From contig CAYNQR010000002.1 in assembly GCA_964399425.1 (NCBI GenBank), forward strand, positions 97,084-161,083: a DNA stretch of 64,000 bases, in the 5' to 3' direction. Each line of letters starts with the position of its first letter. Within the stretch, counting starts at the first letter, position 1. Position numbers and translations under genes: made by a program. This stretch comes from an uncultured Dehalococcoidales bacterium (GTDB taxonomy: Bacteria; Chloroflexota; Dehalococcoidia; Dehalococcoidales; UBA5627). This document shows, piece by piece, positions 8,101-16,027 of this stretch. Below the pieces are notes generated by a model, which searched no databases, was not told the origin of the DNA, and was given only the letters and a program-made list of their open reading frames with translations.

Positions 8101-9099
8101 ATGCTAGCAGTTGTAACCGGCGCTTCGGGGCATCTGGGGATGAACCTGGTCAATGCCTTGCTTGCCAAAAAATGGCAGGTACGCAGCGTTATACATATCA
8201 ATAGTAAACACCTCAAGAACCTCGATGTGGAAATGGTTCACGGAGATACCTTAAACCCGCTTCTGCTCGAAAAGGCCTTCTGCGGGGCGGATGTAGTTTT
8301 CAACCTCGCCGCCAAGGTTTCAGTGGTCAACTGGAACAGGCCGGAGGTCGAAGCTCTTAACATCAATGGAGTAGAAAACGTTATCGCAGCCTGCAAAAAA
8401 TGCAACGTCGGGCGCTTAATCCACGTCAGTTCTTTTCATGCCTGCAACCAGGAACCCCGCACCCAACCCCTCGACGAAAAACGTTCACTGGTAGAGGACA
8501 GAAATGCCATCCCCTACGATTATTCCAAGGCTTGCGGCGAAAGGCTGGTGCGTATGGCAAGAGCGGAAGGAATGGATGCGGTGGTGGTCTCTCCTACCGG
8601 GATTATCGGGCCGTACGATTATCAGCCTTCGCATTTCGGGTCCATACTGGTCTCTCTCGGCAAAGGCAGATTGCCTGCCATCGTCGATGCCGGTCTCGAC
8701 TGGGTGGATGCGCGCGATGTTGCCGAAGGAATGATAAGGGCGGCGGTAATCGAAAAACCATCCGAAAAATACATGCTTTCCGGTCACTGGGTCAGCCTGA
8801 AGGATATTTCCAGGCAAATAGCGCAGATTACCGGCAATCCGGCTCCGTTTTTCATCTCGCCGATGTGGCTGGCAAAAGCCGGAGCCCCTTTTTCTGAAGT
8901 CTACTGCCGTGTTACCGGCGGGCGCGCTCTGTTTACCGGAATATCATTAAAGGCGCTGGGCAGCAATTATAATGTCTGTCATGACAGGGCGGCTGCCGAA
9001 CTGGGATACAGTCCGCGTCCTTTGAGCGAAACTATCAAAGATACCGTAGAATGGTTTCATGATAACGGTTACATAAGTTATAATCATAAGCGGAAGTAG
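8101..9099 (+). CDS. Extended SDR, NAD-dependent epimerase/dehydratase family (3-beta-HSD / dihydroflavonol reductase / HpnA-like)
   Basis: TGASGHLG, VFNLAA, HVSS, catalytic YDYSK (YxxxK), PTGIIGP, WVDARDVAEG. Confidence 0.85.
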   Translation: MLAVVTGASGHLGMNLVNALLAKKWQVRSVIHINSKHLKNLDVEMVHGDTLNPLLLEKAFCGADVVFNLAAKVSVVNWNRPEVEALNINGVENVIAACKKCNVGRLIHVSSFHACNQEPRTQPLDEKRSLVEDRNAIPYDYSKACGERLVRMARAEGMDAVVVSPTGIIGPYDYQPSHFGSILVSLGKGRLPAIVDAGLDWVDARDVAEGMIRAAVIEKPSEKYMLSGHWVSLKDISRQIAQITGNPAPFFISPMWLAKAGAPFSEVYCRVTGGRALFTGISLKALGSNYNVCHDRAAAELGYSPRPLSETIKDTVEWFHDNGYISYNHKRK

Positions 9100-9101
9100 C
9101 T

Positions 9102-9860
9102 ATGGCAGAATTTATTTTCGAACACATGGTCGTCCTGTGGGTGATGCTGGCGGTAATCGTCTTCGTCTGCCTCTTTTTCTATACCGCTCCCTACGGCAGA
9201 CATTCGGCAAAATCCTTATCGTTATCTGTAAAGGGTCCTGCCGGCTGGGTGCTGATGGAGATGCCGGCTTCGCTGGTATTTGCCGCCTGCTTTTTTACAA
9301 TTTCCGGCGTCTTTACCGTTACGCAAATCGTCCTTTTAATAGTATGGCAAATCCACTATGCCCACCGCGCTTTTATCTATCCCTTTACCCTGCGCAGTTC
9401 CGAAAAACCGCTGGCTATCTGGATACTTTTAAGCGGTTTCGTTTTCAACCTGATAAACGCCTATCTCAACGGATGCTATATTACTATGAATCCGCAGCAT
9501 TATCCCGCCGGTTGGCTGCTCGACCCGCGCTTTATGTTTGGATTATTAATCTTTATTGCCGGATTCGTCATCAACCGCCATTCAGACTATGTCCTCTACA
9601 AAATCCGCAAGAAGGACAAGAACGTCTACGAGATACCGCAGGGAGGCCTGTACAAGTGGGTTTCCTGTCCTAATTACCTTGGGGAGATGATGATATGGTT
9701 CGGCTGGGCGATTGCCGCCTGGTCTCCGGTGGGGTTGGCGTTCGCCCTGTGGACGGTAGCCAATCTAGCCCCCCGCGCCCGCTCCCATCACCGCTGGTAC
9801 CGTGAAAAATTCGAGGATTATCCCGAGGAAAGACGGGCGCTGGTGCCCGGCCTCTGGTAA
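9102..9860 (+). CDS. Steroid 5-alpha-reductase (SRD5A)-family membrane enoyl reductase
   Basis: GWVLMEMPA, HYAHRAFIYP, YEIPQGGLYKWVSCPNYLGE, NLAPRARSHHRWY, RRALVP; about six transmembrane segments. Confidence 0.9.
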   Translation: MAEFIFEHMVVLWVMLAVIVFVCLFFYTAPYGRHSAKSLSLSVKGPAGWVLMEMPASLVFAACFFTISGVFTVTQIVLLIVWQIHYAHRAFIYPFTLRSSEKPLAIWILLSGFVFNLINAYLNGCYITMNPQHYPAGWLLDPRFMFGLLIFIAGFVINRHSDYVLYKIRKKDKNVYEIPQGGLYKWVSCPNYLGEMMIWFGWAIAAWSPVGLAFALWTVANLAPRARSHHRWYREKFEDYPEERRALVPGLW

Positions 9861-9889
9861 GATAGGCGACGTTTCGAGGATTAGTGAAA

Positions 9890-10354
9890 ATGAGATATTT
9901 TATAGATGCCGACCGCAAAAAGAAGACGGCCAGAATAGCTGTCGCTTTCAATCCTGATAATCTTTCACCGGAAAAACTCTCCAGACTGGAAGAAAGGGTA
10001 AAAGCGTCTCTTGCGAGCGGATATTTACCCTGTCCCGTTGCCTGGCAGATAGCAGGGGATTCGGGAGTCTCCAGAATTGCCATAGGGGAGGTTGCCGACA
10101 GGTTGGGGGTTCGCATTACCGATTGCCGCGTCGGCTGTTTCAGCGTGGACAAGATCCCCTTTGAAAACCGGACGCAGTCGAATATCCCCGCCGGTCTTAT
10201 CGATATACTGGAAACGTACCGGGAAAAGAAGCGCATCGATTGTCCCGAGGTATTTGCGCTGGCGGATAAGTATGGTCTCAGCCCATTGAGCGTATCGAAG
10301 GAAGCCGCCGCGCGCGGGCTGAAGGTTCTCGGCTGCCAGTTGGGGTGTTTTTAA
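9890..10354 (+). CDS. Hypothetical protein made of two tandem Cys-containing domains
   Basis: Internal duplication: CPVAWQIA...ITDCRVGCF and CPEVFALA...VLGCQLGCF. GAGGA 9 nt before ATG 9890. Confidence 0.7.
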   Translation: MRYFIDADRKKKTARIAVAFNPDNLSPEKLSRLEERVKASLASGYLPCPVAWQIAGDSGVSRIAIGEVADRLGVRITDCRVGCFSVDKIPFENRTQSNIPAGLIDILETYREKKRIDCPEVFALADKYGLSPLSVSKEAAARGLKVLGCQLGCF

Positions 10355-10366
10355 AATAAAAGAACT

Positions 10367-10694
10367 GTCTTTGCGAGGAGCGAAGCGACGCGGCAATCTT
10401 TCTCGAATAGCCTGATTGTTAATGTTAGAGATTGCCGGAACTCAACATCCGGGGTGGGGGTAGTTGTCATCCTGAGCGCAGCAAAGGATCTAAGACAATT
10501 CGATAAACCTTATAATGGTAATTCGGGAATTAGAATGACAGATATTGTAGTTGTCATGCTGAATTCGTGAGGGACGAATGAAGCATCTGGGGTGGGGTAT
10601 CAAGGTGTTTTCGCCTGTTGCCGAGGCAGCCTTTTAGCCTGCTTCTCCCAGCCCCCCAGATCCTTCAGCCATCCCTTATGGCTTCAGGATGACA
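10367..10694. repeat. Intergenic mosaic of palindromic repeats (copy 2)
   Basis: gtctttgcgaggagcgaagcgacgcggcaatct, gtcatcctgagcgcagcaaaggatct, and a long hairpin element gtcatgctgaat..ggggtgggg...ccccccagatccttcagcc..ggcttcaggatgac with homology to 14730-14920. Confidence 0.85.
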
Positions 10695-10726
10695 ATATGA
10701 ATTAAAAAAGCGGGAGGTTTAATGAA

Positions 10727-11266
10727 ATGGCTATTGAACAAATCATCCTTCTCGTCATCAACATCATCGGCGGGGCTGCCGTCCTCGGCAGCTATGTGCT
10801 GGGAGTGCGCGGCAAATCCGGCTCGGCAGACAGGTTATGGGGTGGGATGCCCCGAAAAATCCGCCCCGTCTACTACGCTTCGATGCTACTCTCGGCTATC
10901 GGTTACTTCTTTTTCATCTATTTCCTGCTTTTTCAGGTCGAACCGGACAGCGTCTTAATCGCAGACTCGCTCGGCTACTGGATATTTTACATAATCTTTA
11001 TCGGTATGCTGGGGTTCTCGGCTCTCTGGATGCCCCTTACCAACAAGATGGCAAACGAACCCAAGAAATCGACATGGATATGGGTGCGGACGGTGCTGGT
11101 GATGGTGGGGCTTTTCTCCTGCGCGCTCTACTGGGCGATTCTCAGCATACAGGAAGGGAATCAGGGGGTGGCTTTCTGCCTGGCGGCGATTGGCAGCGGC
11201 TACTTCGCCTTTCATACGACGGTGCTGGATATGATTTTCTGGCCGGTGCTGTGGGGGAGGGGATGA
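10727..11266 (+). CDS. Hypothetical integral membrane protein (about 5 TM)
   Basis: GGAGG RBS 9 nt upstream; five hydrophobic segments; no family recognised with confidence. Confidence 0.7.
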   Translation: MAIEQIILLVINIIGGAAVLGSYVLGVRGKSGSADRLWGGMPRKIRPVYYASMLLSAIGYFFFIYFLLFQVEPDSVLIADSLGYWIFYIIFIGMLGFSALWMPLTNKMANEPKKSTWIWVRTVLVMVGLFSCALYWAILSIQEGNQGVAFCLAAIGSGYFAFHTTVLDMIFWPVLWGRG

Positions 11267-11282
11267 GGGGGGATAGCATATA

Positions 11283-11309
11283 TTGACAAAAAGAGTATAA
11301 TAGTATAAT
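11283..11309 (+). promoter_or_regulatory. Putative promoter of the PIN-GNAT-ASCH cassette
   Basis: TTGACA (11283-11288) and tandem TATAAT boxes (11296, 11304). The spacer to the second box is only 15 bp. Confidence 0.4.
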
Positions 11310-11338
11310 TTAATACCTAAAAAGAGACAGAAGGCTAT

Positions 11339-12850
11339 ATGAGGGTTCTATTAGATACTAATATAGTAATACATAGAGAAGCAACAACTGCTGTTAATGA
11401 AGATATTGGTATTTTGTTTAAATGGTTAGATAATTTACATTACACGAAATGTGTACATCCTATTACTATTACAGAGATAGAAAACCATAAAGATGAAAAA
11501 ATTAAGAAAACCTTTAAGGTTAAACTAAGTAACTATAATGTTCTAAAAACAACAGCCCCATTAGCGGATTTATTACTCACTGTAATTCAACCCCAAGATA
11601 GGACGATAAACGATATTAATGATACCTTGATCATTAATGAGCTTTACTGTGGTAGAGTAGATATATTAATAACCGAAGATAAGATGCTCATTCAAAAAGC
11701 ATCATTATTAGGAATTCCAGAAAAAGTATTTACAATTGATGCCTTTTTAGAAAAAGTAAATACAGAAAACCCAGAACTCGCGGACTATAAAGTTTTATCT
11801 GTACATAAAGCATCATTTGGTGAACTTGATTTAAAAGATGAATTTTTTACTTCTTTTAAAGAGGATTACTTGGGTTACGAAAAATGGTTTAATAAGAAAG
11901 CTGACGAAACCGCTTATGTATGTTTGGCTGAGGATAAATTAATTGCACTTCTATATTTAAAGATAGAAAATAAAGGAGAAGATTATTCAGATATAAATCC
12001 ACAACTCTCACCTAAAAAAAGACTTAAAATAGGCACTTTTAAAGTAACTTTAAATGGTTATCGTTTGGGAGAACGGTTTATTAAAATTATATTTGATAAT
12101 GCTCTACTTTACAAAGTAGAAGAAATTTATGTGACAATATTTAATAAAAGAATTGAACAGCAAAGACTCATTTCATTACTTGAAGAGTATGGTTTTTATT
12201 ATCATGGTTTAAAGCATAGTATAGGTGGCGAAGAATTAGTTTATGTTCGTTCTTGTGAGAGATTAGCAAATCGTTCAAATCCGAAATTAACATATCCATT
12301 CTTTTCCAAAGCTGGAAATATATTTCTCGTTCCCATTTATCCGGAGTATCATACTGAGTTATTTCCAGATTCTATATTAAGAACAGAGTCACCTCTTGAA
12401 TATGTAGAGAATGAACCTCATAGAAATGCTATAAGTAAGGTATATATTTCTAGGTCTATTGAGAAAAATATTAATGCTGGAGATATCCTTTTATTTTATC
12501 GAACTGGTGGTCTATATAAAAGTGTTATAACTACTATAGGCATTGCCGAAAAAATTTATGATAATATTCCTACTGTTAAAGACTTTATTGAATTATGCCG
12601 TCAAAGAAGTGTATTTACAGATAAACAACTGATTGAACAATGGCAATACAATAAGAAAATTAAGCCATTTATTGTAAATTTTTTGTATGTTTACTCTTTG
12701 CCTAAGCGAATAAATTTACATAGGTTGATTGAATTGGGTATTATTAAGGATATAGAAGATGCACCAAGAGGTTTTAAGCCAGTTAGTTTGGATCATTTAA
12801 AGTTGATTTTGAGGGAGTGTCAGGTTAATGAAGGTATTATTGTCGATTAA
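11339..12850 (+). CDS. PIN nuclease - GNAT acetyltransferase-like - PUA/ASCH-like multidomain protein
   Basis: N-terminal PIN (VLLDTNIVI, TEIE, NDINDTLI, LITED acidic tetrad); central GNAT-like LKIGTFKV..NGYRLGERFIK..IYVTIF..LLEEYGF; C-terminal AISKVYIS..GDILLFYRT..VITTIG resembling PUA/ASCH/EVE folds. Confidence 0.7.
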   Translation: MRVLLDTNIVIHREATTAVNEDIGILFKWLDNLHYTKCVHPITITEIENHKDEKIKKTFKVKLSNYNVLKTTAPLADLLLTVIQPQDRTINDINDTLIINELYCGRVDILITEDKMLIQKASLLGIPEKVFTIDAFLEKVNTENPELADYKVLSVHKASFGELDLKDEFFTSFKEDYLGYEKWFNKKADETAYVCLAEDKLIALLYLKIENKGEDYSDINPQLSPKKRLKIGTFKVTLNGYRLGERFIKIIFDNALLYKVEEIYVTIFNKRIEQQRLISLLEEYGFYYHGLKHSIGGEELVYVRSCERLANRSNPKLTYPFFSKAGNIFLVPIYPEYHTELFPDSILRTESPLEYVENEPHRNAISKVYISRSIEKNINAGDILLFYRTGGLYKSVITTIGIAEKIYDNIPTVKDFIELCRQRSVFTDKQLIEQWQYNKKIKPFIVNFLYVYSLPKRINLHRLIELGIIKDIEDAPRGFKPVSLDHLKLILRECQVNEGIIVD

Positions 12851-13196
12851 ACCAGAATATGCTTTAAAGATATTTGAGGGATCAAAGAAGTACGAATATC
12901 GTCGTAATATTTTTAAGCGGAATGATGTAACAACTATAGTGGTATATGCCTCGGACCCTATTAAAAAAGTAATCGGAGAGTTTGAAATTGATGGGATAAT
13001 CCATGAAAATCCATTAATATTATGGGAACGGACAAGTGAACATGCTGGAATATCAAAAGAATTATTTATGAATTATTTTAAAGATAAAAACAGAGGTTAC
13101 GCAATAAAAGTAAAAAATACAAAATCTTACGATGCCCCATTGTTATTAGATAGGTTAATGATATCCTATCCTCCTCAATCATTTGTATATCTCTAG
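12828..13196 (+). CDS. ASCH domain protein
   Basis: LLSIKPEYALKIFEGSKKYEYRR (GxKxxExR ASCH signature), VYAS.PIKKVIGEF; overlaps the upstream gene by 23 nt. Confidence 0.85.
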   Translation: MKVLLSIKPEYALKIFEGSKKYEYRRNIFKRNDVTTIVVYASDPIKKVIGEFEIDGIIHENPLILWERTSEHAGISKELFMNYFKDKNRGYAIKVKNTKSYDAPLLLDRLMISYPPQSFVYL

Positions 13197-13240
13197 TTGA
13201 TAGTTACAAAGTGTATTTTTGTAAAATAAATCCCCCCGCG

Positions 13241-13249
13241 TGCTATAAT
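13241..13249 (+). promoter_or_regulatory. Extended -10 promoter of the cysteine desulfurase gene
   Basis: TGCTATAAT 30 nt before the ATG; AGGAG RBS follows. Confidence 0.45.
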
Positions 13250-13278
13250 AACCGAAATGTTGGTTAGGAGCGACCGGT

Positions 13279-14457
13279 ATGTTTGAAATATACCTTGATA
13301 ATTGCGCTACCACACAGCCTTATCCCGAAGCAGCGGATAAGATGTCTGAAATGCTGCTTACCAATTACGGCAATCCTTCATCTTTACATAAAAAAGGGCA
13401 GATGGCGAAAGCCGTGCTGGATGAAGCGCGGGGGCGGGTGGCACAGGCTCTCGGTGTTAATGCTGACGAAATCTGTTTCACATCCGGCGGTACGGAATCC
13501 GATAACCTGGCGATAGTCGGGGCGTGCCTTGCCGCCAAGGATAAAGGCAATCATATTATCACGACGGTTGCCGAGCATCCTGCCGTTACCAAGACCGTCC
13601 GCGATATGAAACGGCGCGGATGGAAAGCGGATTATATTGCTGCTCCAAAGGGCGTTCTCGATTTGCAGGCTCTGGAAGATGCGGTTTGCCAAAAGACGGC
13701 GCTGGTGAGCGTGATGCTGGTAAATAACGAGATTGGCAGCCTCTTTCCGGTCAGCGAGGTGCGCAAGATCCTCGATAAAAAGGGCAGCCGCGCGCTTTTG
13801 CACTGCGATGCTGTCCAGGGGTTCGGCAAGATTCCCTTTACCGCGGAGTCGCTGGGCGCAGACCTGATAACAATAAGCTCCCACAAGGTACACGGGCCGA
13901 AAGGGGCAGGGGCGCTCTATATAAAAAAGGGGACGGACGTATTCGCGCAGATTTTCGGCGGGGGGCAGGAGAGGGGGCTGCGTTCCGGCACGGAAGCCAT
14001 GCCGGCCATTGCCGGCTTCGGCGAGGCAGTCCGAATTATGTTCAGGAACAGGGAAGTCGATATGCAGTATTTATTGGAACTGCGTAAATACTGTCTGGAT
14101 AGCTTAAAAAATTTATTCCCCGATATTCAGGTAAATTCGCCGCAAAACGGCGCGCCGCATATTTTAAACGTCTCTTTCCCGATGGTGCGCAATAAAGACC
14201 TTCAGAAATACTTGAGCGATAATGAGATTTACGTATCCACAGCCGCTGCCTGCAAGTCCAACCATACGCGCGGGCCTTCGGTGCTGGAATCGATGGGCAT
14301 CAGCCGCGAGATGGCTTACAGCGCCATACGAATCAGCTTCTGCGCTGGAAACAAGATGAGTGAAATCAATGAACTGGTCGGCAAAATCGCCGAATACCGG
14401 CGTACGGTTCCACCCGTGCAGTCGTATGTGCCATCTTCGACTCTGACGCCGAAGTAA
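13279..14457 (+). CDS. iscS: Cysteine desulfurase, IscS/NifS (group I) family
   Basis: YLDNCATT, GNPSSLH, FTSGGTESDN, HCDAVQ, SSHKVHGPKGAGALY (PLP Lys), RSGTE, catalytic Cys in STAAACKS. Confidence 0.9.
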   Translation: MFEIYLDNCATTQPYPEAADKMSEMLLTNYGNPSSLHKKGQMAKAVLDEARGRVAQALGVNADEICFTSGGTESDNLAIVGACLAAKDKGNHIITTVAEHPAVTKTVRDMKRRGWKADYIAAPKGVLDLQALEDAVCQKTALVSVMLVNNEIGSLFPVSEVRKILDKKGSRALLHCDAVQGFGKIPFTAESLGADLITISSHKVHGPKGAGALYIKKGTDVFAQIFGGGQERGLRSGTEAMPAIAGFGEAVRIMFRNREVDMQYLLELRKYCLDSLKNLFPDIQVNSPQNGAPHILNVSFPMVRNKDLQKYLSDNEIYVSTAAACKSNHTRGPSVLESMGISREMAYSAIRISFCAGNKMSEINELVGKIAEYRRTVPPVQSYVPSSTLTPK

Positions 14458-14479
14458 GACGATATAAAAAGAAGATTCC

Positions 14480-15100
14480 TCTGCAATCTAGAGTATGCTC
14501 TCCAATGATTGCAACAGATAGTTTTTCGACGCCGCTATGGTTCGACAGGCTCACCACGAACGGCTTTAGAGAATTTCACCACGAGCAGCTTTTTAACTTT
14601 ATATATCCGGGATGGGGTAATTAAGTGGCATTGTAGAGATTGCTTCGTCGTCCCTCTCTGATTTATATTAGATTCATTCGTCTTCGCTCAGAAAGACAAT
14701 GTGAAGGGACTCCTTGCAATGGCGTTATTTATTGTCATGCTGAATTCGTGGTGGTCGAATGAAGTCCCGATAAATCGGGATTTCGTTCCAGCTTGCCGGA
14801 ACTCAACATCCGGGGAGGGGTTATTAATAAGGCGATACTGCTTGTTGCCGTAGCTACCTTTGTTATGCTTCTCCCCACCCCCCGGATTCTTCAGTCACCC
14901 CTTGTGACTTCTGAATGACAGTTTAATCGTTAACCCCGTAGGGGCGGGCATTGCCCGTCCGCCAGATGCGGAAACATAAATGCGGACGACCATTGGTCGT
15001 CCCTACGTTTTTATCTTACCGAACTTAATACCCCGACCGTAAGGTCGTGGGAAGTTTATTTCACAAGCTCTGAGCGCAGCGAAGTATCTCAATACAATTC
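14480..15100. repeat. Intergenic mosaic of palindromic repeats (copy 3, largest)
   Basis: atggttcgacaggctcaccacgaacgg (recurs 48180); 14601-14724 is an inverted copy of 52485-52608; 14824-15012 is an inverted copy of 47978-48167; REP doublet at 14938-15006. Confidence 0.9.
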
Positions 15101-15188
15101 GTCATTTGTCAACGTTTCCTCAAACAAGCTACTCTCAGCCTGTTATAGGGGGGAACTCATAAACCAATCCGATAAGTCCAACCTGGAT

Positions 15189-16019
15189 TTATTTCTTTTT
15201 AACAGCCTCCACCGCCAGTTGATAAAATCCCTTCACCATCCCCAAACTTTGTGCAAATCCGTCGATTATAAAGTAGGGTATGTAGTGCGGCTTGCCCTTT
15301 ACGATGCAAAGGCATATCCAGTAGGCATCGACCAGCGGAGGCCAAAAGCGGGCATGAAACGCCCCGTATTTACGAATGTAACGGGCTGCCACCCAGCCGT
15401 AGCGGAATCTCTGTCGTACGAAAGCAGAGAAGGTAGCGCGATGATGATGATAAACATAAGCGGCAGATATTCCCTGTTTTAACCCCGCCTCTTTCATCCT
15501 GATAGCAAAATCGAGGTCGCTGGCTCCTTTTAAGGAAGCATCGAGTTTATGCTGCATAACGATATCTCTCAGGACGATGGTTGCCTGAAGCCCGCCGACC
15601 CCGCGGCGTTCCCGCAGCAGTCTGCCGTTCCAATCGGTAGCGCGCTCCCAGTAGGTAACCGAACTGATGGGCAATACCGCAGCAGACATACTTGCATAAT
15701 CCTGTGCTCTTAATTCGTCCAGTAGTTTAGCCAGTGTTCCTTCCGGCAGGACGATATCTGAATCCACCAGTGCAATATAGTCGGAGTTTGCCTTTTCGGC
15801 GCCCAGCTGCTGGGCGTAATTGTACTCCCTTCCTTGGTCGGAAAATATCAGCGATGTATATCTACGGGCAATTGCCAGTGTATCGTCACTTGAATTGCCG
15901 TCGACCAGGATTATCTCGGCCGGATTGTTTTTTTTGACGGATTCAAGACACTGTCCGATTGTCTTTTCCGAATTCCTGGTGGTCACAACGACCGAAACAG
16001 GCAGTTTATCCATAAACAT
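15189..16019 (-). CDS. Glycosyltransferase family 2
   Basis: SVVVTTRNSEKTIGQCLES, VDGNSSDDT, YIALVDSD (DxD), SDLDFAIR. Confidence 0.9.
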   Translation of the reverse strand: MFMDKLPVSVVVTTRNSEKTIGQCLESVKKNNPAEIILVDGNSSDDTLAIARRYTSLIFSDQGREYNYAQQLGAEKANSDYIALVDSDIVLPEGTLAKLLDELRAQDYASMSAAVLPISSVTYWERATDWNGRLLRERRGVGGLQATIVLRDIVMQHKLDASLKGASDLDFAIRMKEAGLKQGISAAYVYHHHRATFSAFVRQRFRYGWVAARYIRKYGAFHARFWPPLVDAYWICLCIVKGKPHYIPYFIIDGFAQSLGMVKGFYQLAVEAVKKK

Positions 16020-16027
16020 CTCCCTAT

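Noticed and set aside
9670-10236. Other antisense or off-frame ORFs in the track (e.g. 9137-9673, 17892-18434, 54306-55028, 60840-61430, 61427-62068)
   Set aside because: All overlap well-supported genes and show no recognisable domains.
11267-13278. PIN-GNAT-ASCH island as an integron cassette, prophage remnant or IS cargo
   Set aside because: No attC-like site, target duplication, integrase or transposase seen; only the composition shift supports horizontal origin.
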